In this document: piece after piece, positions 24,559-37,782 of the stretch | How the letters are laid out: each line of letters starts with the position of its first letter | Position numbering within the stretch: the stretch's first letter is position 1 | Assembly: GCA_001949185.1 (NCBI GenBank) | Contig: BDGG01000005.1 | Span: 2,705,972 to 2,769,971 of the forward strand | Direction: 5' to 3' | Length of the DNA: 64,000 nt | DNA from: Ramazzottius varieornatus | Lineage: Eukaryota > Animalia > Tardigrada | Translations under genes and position numbers: made by a program | Notes under the pieces: generated by a model | Database searches by the model: none | Told to the model about the DNA's origin: nothing | What the model saw: the letters and a program-made list of their open reading frames with translations, nothing else

Positions 24559-27181
24559 ATGGCAGAGGGGGACGACGACTACTACGACTGTTATGATGAC
24601 GACGCGGATGAAGCTGACTTTGCCACCACATCAGAGGAGCTCAACCTGGACTTTGGAGTCAACTTGAAGAACATCGACGCGGACGCTGATCCGGAAGCTT
24701 TCAGCTATACTTCTCTCACTCACGAAGAAGTCAAGCAGATTATCCGAACGGCTGTGGAATTCGTGCGGAATAAGCTCAACTTATCAACGGGCGTCGCCAA
24801 GAATCTCCTCATTGAGAATCGATGGAACACCGAAGACACGGTCCAAACGTACATCATCTGCCTCACCCTTCGTTTATTATTAATTATCTCTTCGTATTCT
24901 CTTGCATAGTTTCAGGCAGGACGAAGCCAGCAAGCATGTCCCAAGCGCGTTTGCGCGGCTGAGGAACAGAACGGTAAGCGCGTCAGTTTGTATTCCCAAG
25001 TGGCGCGCGCTGTAGCCGATAACATCGGAGACATGCGCCACGTGAGAACACGACCTGGTGGAGTTTCTTTGTCGGGCTTCCGGTTATTGTCAGATTGAGG
25101 TCATTCCCGTGACGGAAGCTCTTTGTAGGTTTCGGAAAGTATGTCCGAGTGTTCGGTCTGTTACACCACAAAGACACGGGATAATATGGCCGAAAATACT
25201 TGTGGACATAGCTTTTGCGCGTCGTGCTGGAACTCGTACTTGGAGTCTCAAGTCGCCGAAGGGAAAGGCTTTGGTAAATGCGACGATAAGTAGTAACTCG
25301 CTGCACTACCACGTTTAAAGGCCGTATTCTTGACAGGTATCACTTGCATGGACTCGAAGTGTGATGTGAACATTGGCGAAGACTTCGTGATGGAGTACTT
25401 GACCGACGGTCCGAGCTTGCAGAAATATGAGCGGAATATCTTCCGCACTTGCGTGGAGGTACATCACTCCTATTTCTCTTCCTCTGAGAAGCGGGTTCTA
25501 TCACCCGGAAAATTCTAACCATGTTTATTTTGTTATGCAGAGCAATCCGAGCTTGAGTCACTGCCCGACGAACAACTGTGATAACTACTTCTTCTCCAGC
25601 CAGCCGGATAGCAAGCGCGTCGTTTGTGATAAATGCCAATCATCTTTCTGGTAAGTTCGCTGAACCACTTTCAAAACATTGTTCTCTTATTGTTTTTTCT
25701 GTCAATATTAGTTTCGTGTGTGGATCGGAATATCATCTACCATGTTGCTGTCGAACCATCCGGCAGTGGTGGAAGAAAGTCATGGACGACGCCGACACTT
25801 CATCCTATATCTCCTCCCACACAAAAGACGTATGCTCAGCTCCAGAATGCACCCATAATGTATTTCACATAATGCGCAAGTATGATTTTGCAGTGTCCGA
25901 ACTGTGAGTCGAGCATCGAGAAGAACGGAGGGTGCAACCATCTGATCTGTCGTCAGTGCAAATACGAGTTCTGCTGGGTTTGTCTCGAAGGTAAGTACAT
26001 TCATCCAACCAGTACTCGTACCTGCGGATTTGGAACGTGACAGGCATTGCTTGCAGATTGGAAGTCTCACGGTGCGGAGTATTACGTCTGCAACCGTTTC
26101 AACGCCAAGAAGGCAGCTGACGCAGTAGCTGCAGCGGCCGAAGTGGCTACAGTTGTCATACCTCTAGCCGTCAACAAGCCTAATGTTCGCAGGCTAGCTC
26201 TGAACAAGTACCTGTTCTACCTGGAACGAGTAAGTCCTGTGGTGGAAAATTTCTCTCGATCTTTAAAGCTAGTTTACTGCAGTATTTGTTTACCTTCTGC
26301 CTTCTGGGCCTTTCTTAGTGGAAGAACCACGAGCAGTCTTTGCGGCTTGAAGAGAACCTAATGAACCAGATTCACGACAGGGTTCAGAAGAAAGTGCAGA
26401 ACCGGGAAGGATCTCTCATTGATTGGCAGTACCTGATGGATGCCGGGAAGCTGTTGCTAAAGGTACTTAGTCAATTACAGTATTAAAACCTGAGGTCTGT
26501 ATGGACGAAGTCAACGCGGTAGGAAAACCGGAAAATTGAACAGTCAGACGAAGAATTTCGACTCCCAACTTTTGAAATGTAAGCTAACGGGAGACGTTTA
26601 CAGCATGAGCACACTTGATGTTTCAACAGAAAAATAGACTGATGGTTTTCATGGTTTCACTTTCTTAGTGTCGAAGAGCGTTACAGTATACGTATCCTTT
26701 CGCCTACTATCTAGAAGATGGGCCCAGTCGAATGCTGGTAAGGCAGTATCGTCTAACAGCGCTGCTGACCATAATACAGTAATGCTTTATGAACTTCGCC
26801 AACTGCCGTCACAGTACGCATGGAGTTCACTCGAGGGATGACGCATACTGCACACTCTTACTATGGCGTAAAGCGCGAAGTTCAAGAAGCACTACAGTAT
26901 GAGTATGTCCTGCTGGTCTTGGTGCGAGTTTTTGCTGTGTATTCTAGTTCGAGCATCTGCAAGCCGAGCTGGAGTCGACCATCGAGAACCTTTCCTTCAC
27001 CATCGAGCAAGGTGATAAACTGGATGTGGCAGCTCTGCAAGCTCAGATGCGGTCGGCAGAGTTTCGCCGTCGAGCCCTCTTTCGCGATGCCAAAGAAATC
27101 AAAACGACGGCGGCACAGGCCATATTACAGGCTGCAGAACCCCAAAAAACAATTTGTAGTTTTCAAACCGTTCGTCCATAA
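24559..27181 (+). CDS. ARIH2: RBR E3 ubiquitin ligase Ariadne-2, multi-exon
   Basis: Acidic N-terminus; RING1 (CGHSFC..CW), IBR, RING2 IEKNGGCNH; Ariadne domain IDWQYL...CRRALQYTYPFAYY...FEHLQAELE. Confidence 0.9.
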
Positions 27182-27610
27182 GATCCTTGCTCTTTTTACT
27201 CACAACCCGTGAAGTGTAGGCCCTTCTGGATACGTTTTGCTTTCGGCAAATCAAATCAAACTGCGAATTTTGCTCTGAAACGAAGTTCACCAAGTTGAAA
27301 AAGTCCCCGTGAATTTTGAATGACAATAAATTATAATAAAACTGATCAACAACAGAAATCAACAAACCAATCTACGTAAATCGCATCAAAACTGAACAAA
27401 GCTTCGCCTGAAATTTTGCTGAATAAATTGAAGCTAAATAAGTTAGAAAAAGAAGCTAATTTGGGATTGAGACAAAGAAGCTCGGCAAGATCGTTTTCCA
27501 AGTTGCGCATGCTGCCAACGAATAACACCGAAAAGGTGCGCCACCTGAGTGAGCTATCTTGTCGAATTTGATGGCAAGCTCCCACTTTGCAAGATCGAAA
27601 TCATGAATAT

Positions 27611-29683
27611 TCAAGTGAAGTTCTCATCCGGTTTGAGAAGTTTCATAACAGCGGCTGGTTCGCCATTTGGGCCTGGGTTCTTGAAGTCGTACCCGCAAAC
27701 GAGCATCATTGAGCGTTTGTAGTCAAAATCCATGTGGCTGCAGTAGATTTCCGGGGCGTGTTTCCAGATCACCTTTGGCTTCTTCCAAATGTCCAACATG
27801 GTGCAAGAGTTGTTCTTGACCAGCAGGAGTTGCCGCTCGTTGTAATGGAGACCGCAGACTCGGCGAGACTTCTTGACGGGAAGGCCGAAGCTGGGACCGA
27901 AGTCGTGGAGAACCTCGAGGGTCGAGGGACTGTAGGCGACGGCGTCGCTGGTCAATCCGCCAACCCAGAGAACGCCTTCGCTCAGATGAAGAGCTGACCC
28001 GTCTTGCGTGTTGAAGTTCGGCTCGAATTTGCAGACCTGCGAGAAAATTAAGTTTGGGTATCAACAATTTTCGAGAAATGGAAGGGAATATTTTGGTCGA
28101 ATGGGCAGCCTGACTAGTATTTTTGTGGCAAACTTTACCGGGTGCGGATATAATAATTAGCTTAATTCTGTGTAAAATTTTCGAACGCTGTTTTTCTGTT
28201 ATAGTACCTGGGCGTTGGCAACGACGTGGTTAGTTCTCAAATCTATCCTTTTCAGCCAGTTGAAATCGCGTTCATCTCCGCCGGTGATGACGGTCCTATC
28301 GTCGCACAAGAGACTGCAAATGAAAGTGCAGTCCCGTTGGAAAGCCGGGATGTGCTGTACTGGGCTCTGTAGGCTGGCACGGACGTCGAACAAGGATATC
28401 TAAAGGGCATAAAGCACTGGCAAATTCAGAATCTTACTGTATATCGATAGCAAGCATTGTCGGAACATTGCCTACCGTTCCGTCCCGAGTCTTCACGACG
28501 ATATGGTGCTGGTCCATGAAAGCGTGAGCGTCGACTTGGCTTCCCGTTCTGTGAACCAAAGTTCTTTCTTTTCAGTGAAGTACTGTAAATATTCGCCGCG
28601 TCCGCGCAGTACGTCACCGTACAAGTGAAGTACAGCCTCGGTCCGGTTTCACGGATTGCGTAACTCCCTACGGGGGTGCATCGTCACGTACGTGTACGTA
28701 CTGCGCGGACGCAGCGCATATCTACAGTAATTGCATCCAGACGGAGAGGTAATCTTACTCGAGCAGATATTGCAATTGGAAAGGCTGCAAGTCGTAAATC
28801 GCGATACGGCTATCCCACGATCCGGCCGAACTGATACGCGACCAACTGCTTTGGATCTGCGTGCAGGTCCGCTGTGAAAAGATATCCGGTGAGTGACTTC
28901 ATTTCATACTTCATAGGCAAACGTGCGATTCTTCGGTCAAATGTGTTCGTACTTGATGCTTATGCATTACATGTTGGGAATTTACGGCGTCGGACCATTC
29001 ATCTTTCCCGAGACTCGCGGTGGTCGTTACGTGGATTCTGCCTTTGTCATTGGCCAGGGCGTACAGAACGAGGTTTCCTAAGAGAGAGAAGCCAGTCTAA
29101 AATCCGAAAACCGCATGTGTAACAAAGCACCTTTCTTTTCGTAACAATGGGGTCGTAAAGATTGGGTGGACGGATTGGACGTTACGGCTCACCCTGGTCA
29201 GCGAAGGATAAAGCTGTAAAAGTGGCGGCGGCATTTGAAAGGCTATTGGAGGTGCTGGTCAAGTGGTTACGAGCGAATTGCCGATGGCGCCATTCCAAAT
29301 GTGCCCCGTACTGCTTCCATGAGGATCTCTCTGATGTCTTCGAACGGCCTGATGCAAGACAGGTCCGAAAGGGTCTTGGTACATCTGGAAATCGAACGTG
29401 TTGCATCTATAAATTATACAATGGCAACCCAGCTTTGCAATACGCGTAAGAACATTCTGGCTAAATATAACTTGCCATCTGGTGGTGCCTCAGGGAAATT
29501 TCTACGAACTCGCGAACGCCAGTATTGGTCGCTGAACACATTGTTGAGGTAAGGATGTGCTGCTGGCACTGACTGCAGGAGATCTTTCGGACTGAGATAC
29601 TGACCCAGTCGCTCGAGCAGTTCCACCGGAAGTTCGGTCAGCTTTGTCGGCTCCCTTTGCGACAACTCGCTTTCGTAGTGCAT
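27611..29683 (-). CDS. F-box/WD40-like protein, multi-exon
   Basis: F-box LTELPVELLERLGQYL...YW near the start; degenerate WD-like exons (ICSLLCDDRTVITGG; CSHMDFDY..MLVCG); internal exon limits not fully resolved. Confidence 0.7.
28581..28729. mobile_element. TA-flanked MITE (Tc1/mariner-type), intronic, copy 1
   Basis: TACTGTAAATATTCGCCGCGTCCGCGCAGTACGT ... ACGTACTGCGCGGACGCAGCGCATATCTACAGTA; homologous copy at 39235. Confidence 0.8.
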
Positions 29684-30570
29684 TACTGCGGATATAATTC
29701 GGGATCGGTCCAATTAGTAATTATTCTAAATAGCCGAAGCTGCGACTAACATAACGGATGATAGAAGAATGGCGAGCAATTGCACGAAGCACCCAAGGCA
29801 ATATTGTAGGGTAACGATATCACGTTATGGTCCATGGATGGTCGACCTGGCAATAGTAAACTGACCGAAGCATTGTTTATATGCAGGCACGGAAGGAAGA
29901 TGCGAGAGGTCTTATCAGGGCTGCTTCTCATCGTTCAAACAAGAGCACACGAGCTTTCGAATGATTGCGGAACGACTTGTGGGCTGACGATTTAGTACTG
30001 CGGCAGCTACCGAGCAGTGAAGCCTTAGCTTCCTCTGTCTTCGATCCTCTCGTTTGTGTTCGATCGGAGAAGCACTCCATAGCATTCTAACCGTTGGATG
30101 CTTCGAAACGTTACGCAAGCAGATGTAGCAGATGAATGCGTGTGCTAGAGCCACGCCCATTTTCAGTGTCCCATGAGTTCTACTTTAGCTTCAGCAGACT
30201 CGCAAAGCAAAATTCATCAATGAAACACAAAATACAAAGCCTGAAAAATATCGAGAAGTTATAAATCAATGAAAAATTAGACGCCCAATATAAGGCCTGA
30301 AAAATATCTAAAAATCATAAAGTATCTTGTATCAGAAAAATTTATTTCTTGCGTCAGTTGCGTAGTCGTTACTCCTGCTTGCGGTGGTGATGGACGAGCC
30401 ACTTCTGAAAATACTTTGTAGGTGGCGCTGTTGGTGGTCATATCATCGGACTCAAAGCGAGTTTCTGCAGTAAATACACGGACATGTACCGAACCGACAT
30501 GTCTTAACATTTGAGAGAAGCATGAATTTATTATTTAGTGTTACTGTATAATCGAAAATTCATTTGCATG

Positions 30571-32166
30571 TTAGTCGTCCTCACCTCTGAAGAAAATTGT
30601 GGGGTAGAGCCTGTCGGTCCGGGCGCACTTCTTCCGGCTGTCACAGGGCCACACTGCGTCGGCCAGGGAGTCGTGCAGCCAAACACGGTGGATTCGTCAT
30701 AGCAGTTCTACGAGAAGTCCCCTCGTGGTGATTTTCCAGTAACTAGGATCATTCCGAGAAAACTAAGCTTCGGGTGTCAAAAGTACCAACATTGCACTGC
30801 GGTCCGTTGGCACAAATGTCTGTTGCAGGATCGAAGCAAGCACTATAATCACTGCAAGGCAGATGGGTTGAACCGCAGCCTGGAAAACAGGACCAGATTT
30901 ATGCTTTCTGATAGGAGGTTTCTTGTGAGCTACGGTCAACTCAGTAACTCACATCGTCCTGTTACAGTGCGGTTATGAGCTCGACCTTTCGTGCCAGGGT
31001 TAAAAATACACTGATACCCAGATGAAGTCGAAGTGCAGGTGGTGGTTGGTGTTCCTGGCGAAAGATTGTCGTTGTTACAAGGATCCAAATTTCTTAGACC
31101 GGGGGGTGGTTGGGTGGAGGGCGGACAAGTTGACGGTACACAGGCCGTCGACTGGGCATTTGCGAACGTGTTCTGCGTGTAGGCCGGAAGTTGGTCGGGG
31201 TACCCAGCAGGTACTAAAGGCTGGTTGGCTCGTGGACATTGACAGGTTCCGAAATTGGTGGTTGGATCGATGTTGGCGCAGAAAGAATTTGGAAGGCGAT
31301 ACTGGCAGACGGTCGTATTTTGGCACGGCGAACCCAGCCCTGCAACGAGTCTTTGTCACTTTGTCGTCTTCAGTACAAAGTTTCAAGCGAAAACAATGAG
31401 GGCGAGGAGGGTGTTTCGTTTTCCGGTGTCGGCTACTTACGGGGTGTGCAGTTGGGCCACGTTCCGTTACCAGTTTGACAAACGCAGCGGAAGCCGGGAA
31501 GTCTGGTTGTTACTCCGGGCTGTGGGGGAGGCAGAGCATTCTGGCAGACGGAACCGGAAACCAAGACGGAGCACATATCGGGAATCGTGGGAAGACAGCG
31601 ACCCTGGCTTACGTTGACATAGGCTAGAGGTATGCAGACCATGACCTCTGGTGTCAACCTGAAGCGAGCTGCCGAAACAATTACGCTTTGGTTACAAAAA
31701 CAGAGCTCAGCATACGCTTCCATAATTTTTCTAATGTCGAATGATGGGGAAAATTTCGCTTACTTGATATGAAGGGATCACATTCGCAGTAGCCCGTCGC
31801 TTCGTTGCATCGGGTATTTGGCAAGCCATTGGCGGTACAGCTATCGGTACCAGCTGTAACAGGATCAAACGGCGGATAGATCGAAGGAATTCCACCCACT
31901 TTGCTGCATGGCCCCACGGTAGCTCCCTCGATACTTCGTTTCAGTCGGAAGTTGGACAAATGACTGTCCAGGTCCTCGAGGCTGAGAATATTTTCGAGTC
32001 GAGAAATCTCTTCCGATGTCAAGGCGCGTACCGGTGTACTCTAAAATCAGTCATACTGCACTTGGACTACAGAAAGAAAAATCTACTCAACATCAAAACG
32101 GTGTACCTGCAGAGCAAACAGAACAACGATTAGCGAAAGAACAAAGCACAGAGACCAATAGGCCAT
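30571..32166 (-). CDS. Secreted Cys-rich protein A (signal, propeptide RLKR, EB-like modules, EGF, C-terminal LDLa-like)
   Basis: MAYWSLCFVLSLIVVLFALQ; LDSHLSNFRLKRS; CTANGLPNTRC...CEC; CSDYSACF...C..GPQC|NCYDES. Confidence 0.8.
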
Positions 32167-32364
32167 TGTGGGAGATATGTTCTGTGTTGCCGACTCGGCC
32201 AGGAACCGTGTACGGAGTTCAGAAGCGAACATAAGGTACTGCAGAAATGACTGAGGAGTACTATTTCTGTTGGCGGACGTGGAATGAGAATTTCTTTTGC
32301 TCTGCGTATGCTGGTTCATTTTAACATATTTTTCACGGTTATCTTATTTTGAAAACCCCGGGTG

Positions 32365-32489
32365 ATGTGGGCCGTGAATATTTTTACGGCACATAAAACG
32401 GCTGGAGTTTCGAAGAAGGTAGGTCTCGAAGCACCACGTGGTAATCTTCGTGAACGGCATAAGGTGATGCTGTATCATGCACAAGGTCA
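32365..32489. promoter_or_regulatory. Conserved upstream block of gene A
   Basis: ATGTGGGCC..TTTTACGGCA.ATAAA..TAATCTTC.TGAA..CAAGGTCA, colinear with 35390-35514. Confidence 0.5.
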
Positions 32490-32894
32490 GTTAATGTCAC
32501 GTATATACAGGATGCCATAACCGTTTTTCAGATACCATGTTGCATGCAGTGACTACAGCCAGAAGCCGACATTTGATAGCAAGAACGAACTCAAACTGCG
32601 TCGGCTCGGCACATATAGAGAAACGATGCGGTGCAGGGGGAAAAAAACTTGAGCACGATCCGGGCTTAAAAATATCCGCCAGCGGATATTGTTGTTTGTT
32701 AGCGAAATATTTATCCTTAAGTGTACATATTCGGCGCAGGTATTCAAGAATAAACCAAGCGTTACAGAGGGCGACACTAGTCGATCTCAAAGTAAAGCGG
32801 GTTTCTACGGAGCCTCTATCTTGAAATTCTGCAAGAAAAAAGGAAAAGAGGTAGAACGGTAACGTTCCTTGTTGTGGCGAATAAGTTCATTGTG

Positions 32895-35167
32895 TCATGT
32901 TCTTACCCCGAAGGAGTTCGCGTGGCCATTTGAAAAGCTGAAACCTTGGAACGGATTGCCCGCCGAAGACTGGACCTGGTTGGTGTCAACCGATGCTATA
33001 GGCTGAGCTGGGGGAGCTCTTGTCTGGACAGCTTGAAAGTCCTGGGATTCATTCGGAAGCGGTAGTCTGTTAGGGATCAGGTTTTTGCTCGCTTCCAGTT
33101 GCTGCAGCTCCGCGAAGTCGGCTGGGGAACCAGCAGACCGTCCCGGTGGCACCGGTCCACACTGTGCCGGCCATGGCGTGTTACATGAGAAGGCGGCAGA
33201 CTCGTCAAAACAGTTCTGTTGGAAACGCGTGAGGACTTTGAACAAAGGCGGCAGAGTGACCAGAGTCAAAGAAGCCAGAAAACTTACAGCGCACTGGGGA
33301 GTTCCACTACAGATGTCCGTTGGAAGGAAACAAGCACTGAAGTCGCTACATACCAAATGAATAGACGAACAGCCTATAATTACAGAAAGATACATACAGG
33401 TACGACGATGCACTTTTGTCAAACTCTTTTCTCACGCCGACGCTTGGGAAACGAACTCGACAAAACTGATGCTCCAAGTATCGATCGTTCCTTGCGCTAT
33501 CGGTAGGAAGCACGCGCCACTTGGATCCTGACAAGCTTGTTTGTTTTCCCAGGTGGCGCACTTTTTTATACCGTACTGGGGAAACGTGCGCGACTTGGGG
33601 AAAGGAATTCGACAAGCGCGATTCGTCAGGCGGCGTACGTTTTCAATGTTATTGGCTGGATATGTGCGCCACCAAGAAAATTGATCTCAGCTAGTCCGTT
33701 TGCCGAGCTGCCGTGAGGGGAGATTTCCCTGTGACGCAAAAGCGCAAACAAATGTGGTGAAACCTGTCACCCGGTTTACTTACAACGACCAGTTGTGGTG
33801 CTGTTGTGGGATCGACCTTTACTGCCCGGTCTGCAGGTGCACTGGTAGCCGGCTGGAGTATCGCGACAGTCGGCGGTGTTGTCGTTCGGCGTAACGTTGT
33901 CTTCCGAACAGGGATTAATTTGTCCGGGACCCAAAGCCTGATTTGGTGTAGTTATCACTGGACAGGTCAGCGGGACGCAGGCAGTTCCCTGAGAGTTAGG
34001 ACCAGTGGTCTGCACATAAAACGGTGCTGGAGAATTGGGCGGAGCCGGTTGGCCGCCCGCGCCTAGTAGGTATCCAGTAGCACCTAAAGGCTGGTTTGCT
34101 CGCGGGCAAAGACAGTTCCCAAAGCCGGTGGACTGGTTGATATTGGCGCAAAATGAGTTCGGAATTCGGTGTTGACAGACAGTTGTATTTTGGCACGGCG
34201 AACCCAACCCTGCAACGAGTCTTTGTCACTTTGTCGTCTTCAGTACAAAGTTTCAAGCGAAAACAATGAGGGCGAGGAGGGTGTTTCGTTTTTCGGTGTC
34301 GGCTACTTACGGGGTGTGCAGTTGGGCCAAGTTCCGTTACCAGTTTGACAAACACAGCGTAGGCCGGGAAGTCTGGTTGTTACTCCGGGCTGTGGGGGAG
34401 GCAGAGCATTCTGGCAGACGGAACCGGAAACCAAGACGGAGCACATATCGGGAATCGTGGGAAGACAGCGACCTTGGCTCTCGTTGACGTAGGCCAGAGG
34501 GACGCAGATCTGGACTTCAAGACTGATTCGTAGTCGCGCTACGGAAACCCAGATGTTACATCTCCCGATTTGGTCCTTACCAGAATACCGATGTACGGTG
34601 TATGATAGAGAAGCAACGGAAGGCTTGCTTACTTGCTACAAGAGGGTCGCATTCGCAGTAACCGTTATTCTCGTTACATCTGGTATTTGCCAGTCCGTTG
34701 GCGAGGCAGCTATCGGTACCGGACGGAATAAGAGTCGGCTGAGCAATATTTCCCGGGCTGAAATAGAGAAGGTAAGCATGGTTATGCTTATACCGCGCGT
34801 CACAAACCGCTTGTTTGTCCAGTGGCAGTTTGAACGGCTGGAGATAACTTACGCAGCTGCAGGTTGATAGATGGAGAGAACGCCGCCTGATCGGCTGCAG
34901 GGCGCTGTGGTGGGTCCATCAACGCTCCGCTTCAGCCGGTAAGTCGCTAAATGGGCGTCCAACTCCTCCAGGCTCTGAATGTCCTCCGTTATGAAGGCAT
35001 ATGTCAGCGTACTCTAAATCAAAAACAATCGATGTAATTGAGAGTCTCAAAGTCCTCCGGGTTACAAAGGAAAAGTCCCGGATGACAGATCCACGTAGTT
35101 CATGTACCTGTAAAACGGATAAGATAAACACGACTGACAAAGCAGACTGGAAACACTGCCAGACCAT
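32895..35167 (-). CDS. Secreted Cys-rich protein B, tandem paralog of A
   Basis: MVWQCFQSALSVVFILSVLQ; LDAHLATYRLKRS; CQHRIPNSFC...CLCP; EGF DCRDTPAGYQCTCRPG; CSDFSACF...NCFDES; matching exon layout. Confidence 0.8.
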
Positions 35168-35389
35168 GGCGCAGAAGCACAAACTTGGCTGTTACCGAAA
35201 CTTAAGACCCTCTGTCGGAAAACTGATACCCTGTTAGGTGAAAATGGAATGAGGAATGTATCAAGTACGGACAGTGTCGGCTAAAAAAATCTCTTCATCG
35301 ACGGTCAATGCAGGACGAGACTCTTGGTGAATAGATAGATACACGTCTTTCTTTGAGGTGTCGTTTTCTGCTCTGTAATTTGGCGCGTA

Positions 35390-35514
35390 ATGTGGGCCAT
35401 GGGCAGTTTTACGGCATATAAAGCGGTGCAGTGTCACGAAGAGGACGTGTCTCGGAGTAGAATGCGATAATCTTCATGAATGACTTGCTGCATTGCCGAC
35501 CGTGCGCAAGGTCA
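35390..35514. promoter_or_regulatory. Conserved upstream block of gene B
   Basis: Same motifs and same 117-bp offset from ATGTGGGCC to CAAGGTCA as 32365-32489. Confidence 0.5.
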
Positions 35515-35739
35515 AATGTGCCAATTTTATGGGATGCAGTAACGGTGTTCCAAGTGCAAGCTTCGCTGTTACGATCTTCGCGCTTTTTGTCACGGTACTT
35601 GACGAACTCTTATGGCTTTACAACGAGGACCGAAAGCCGGAAACGCCATCATCGTTCGATGCGCAAGAAGGGGTAAGGGGTTTTATCTCCTGGTGGCGAT
35701 TTTTGAACGAGACTGACGTCTTGTTATCCGAGATACATA

Positions 35740-36166
35740 TACACGCGCCTGGCCTAAGTCTTGGCATGGACAAAAGTCTTGGCAGCACGGCCCGGCGGTA
35801 TTTTAACACAAAGAATGTTGTATCGGAACAGAAACTGGTCGTGTGACGTCATGAAGTCAGAATTTCGCAATGCGCTTTTTATTGTTCAGTCATTCCAGTA
35901 TCATTTGAAATTCTGTCGTATTCTTTCTTGAGTTTTTCTTCCAGTCTTGAGTAACTTGAGCTTAGCAAATGTCGGAAGGTTTTAAGAGCAAGAAACGCCG
36001 GAAGTATACCGAGGAAAGTCTGAAGGATGCAGTTCGCGCAGTGGCAAACACAGCTAGCGAACTGGTTCTGTTTCAACCGTAAGCGAACACAGCTGGCGGA
36101 GCCGCTGTTTCGGAAACCACTTGCCAAGACTTTTGTCCATGCCAAGACTTAGGCCAGGCGCGTGTA
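35740..36166. mobile_element. TA-flanked MITE with ~45-bp perfect TIRs
   Basis: TACACGCGCCTGGCCTAAGTCTTGGCATGGACAAAAGTCTTGGCA and its exact inverse at 36122-36166. Confidence 0.9.
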
Positions 36167-37655
36167 CCCAACTGGAAAATATCAGTTTTCGAAATTGGGT
36201 TGTACCAAATTGATCGCCTGTTGGAAGAATCTGTTTTGGAACGTAAACGTTAACCACAGGTTAAAAAAAGGGTATAGGGGATATGGTGTTTTACATTGAC
36301 GCTTTCTCGAACGCAAGCTCATTTCGATCAGCGACCGTGATCATGATGATGATGTGGGTGAGATTATTGGGTTGGTCGGGTTCTGATGGCTGGAACCAGC
36401 TTCAAAGGGAAGCCAATCAGGCATGACTATTAAAAATACTTAAAGCATCTAGCAAGATCCCAGTAGGTTACATCGTCATTATCCTCATTGTACACATCAT
36501 CATCCCAATCACAATGGTTGGACTTCTGAGACTGTTGTTTTTCCCAAGCAGGTTTAAGCCGCGTACTGATACCGTGCACGTGTGCAATGTACACTTACTG
36601 TGAGCCGGTGCGCGAAGTTTGAGAGTTCTTCGTTTTTGCATCAGCGGAACGACGCGGTGTGTTAAAGTAACAGTCTGCTTGTCACGAGAAAGTTCAGCCA
36701 TCTGGCTACGGTACAGTACCTTTTCTTTTTAATTAGATTCAGGGCAGGAATCACGCTGAAAACTGGGCTTCATGGTGGTACAAGGTTTTTTTTTCTACAC
36801 AAGCGCAGCTGGTGCAACTTCTGTATTGGGCAACAATTGATCCCTTCTTGATCTCTCTAGTGAAGTACAATGACAGCCGGCATACTTGACTGCAGACCAA
36901 ATAACAACAGAGGCTCAAGGTTCCTGTTCGAGTTCCTGGTGGGGTTGCTCCATTGGATCTTGCCTGTCTGGGTGGATTATAACAAGCTCATTTCCGTTCG
37001 GTGGGCAACTTGCTTGGGCCGCTTCCCGCAATCTTACGGGCTAACGCTCTGATGCTCGCCCACCCGTGCCAGTCCCTCACATCCAGCTTCCCACTGGAAC
37101 TGTTTAAGCCTGTGTTTGTCGTGGACGGTAATTGGCTTCCTTCCCGATCCCATTTCTTCTTTTTGCGGGCGCTCATATAGCTGCCGGTCGACTTCTTCCT
37201 TTGTATTAGCGCCTAATAAATTCGGGGAACTTATCGACTTTTGGTTGCAATCCTACACGCATCGAAAGACTTTTCCTATGGGTGTTACCTTGTGCCCCAG
37301 TTACGCCCTTTTCGTCCCCTATTGCCTCCAGCTATTCGCGCAAACTGTTTATAGAGTTCAAATTACTTCCTTGTTGGATTCGGAAATTTTCCTAAGAACG
37401 GTGAGAAGGGAAAATTCCCTAATAATCACAACTTCTTTAAGCTTACAGCAATTGAAATCGGTTTGATCAATGTATTCAAAAAATAAGCCTGAATGGATAA
37501 AATCGAGTGAGAAAGCGTATGTTGAGAGAGGCAGCCGAATTAAAATCAAGAATGCCGAATTGGATATTGAGGCGTGGTTTGGCATTTGAACGTTTACCGG
37601 AATTCCGTGTGAACCATGCAGCCTGGCGGGAGCCAGGCTGCATACATACAAACAG

Positions 37656-37782
37656 TACAGGTGCCTGGCCTAGATGTGGGGATGGACAAAAATGTGGGGA
37701 CNNNNNNNNNNNNNNNNNNNNNNNNNNNNNNNNNNNNNNNNNNNNNNNNNNTCCATTCCCGCACTTAAGCCAGGCGCGTGTA
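37656..37782. mobile_element. Related MITE whose interior is an assembly gap (50 N, 37702-37751)
   Basis: TACAGGTGCCTGGCCTAGATGTGGGGATGGAC ... TCCATTCCCGCACTTAAGCCAGGCGCGTGTA. Confidence 0.75.

Noticed and set aside
33480-33690. Repeated palindromes with fixed-length spacers suggesting a CRISPR-like array
   Set aside because: Eukaryotic intron, arms are inverted rather than direct repeats, spacers are homologous to each other, and there are no cas genes
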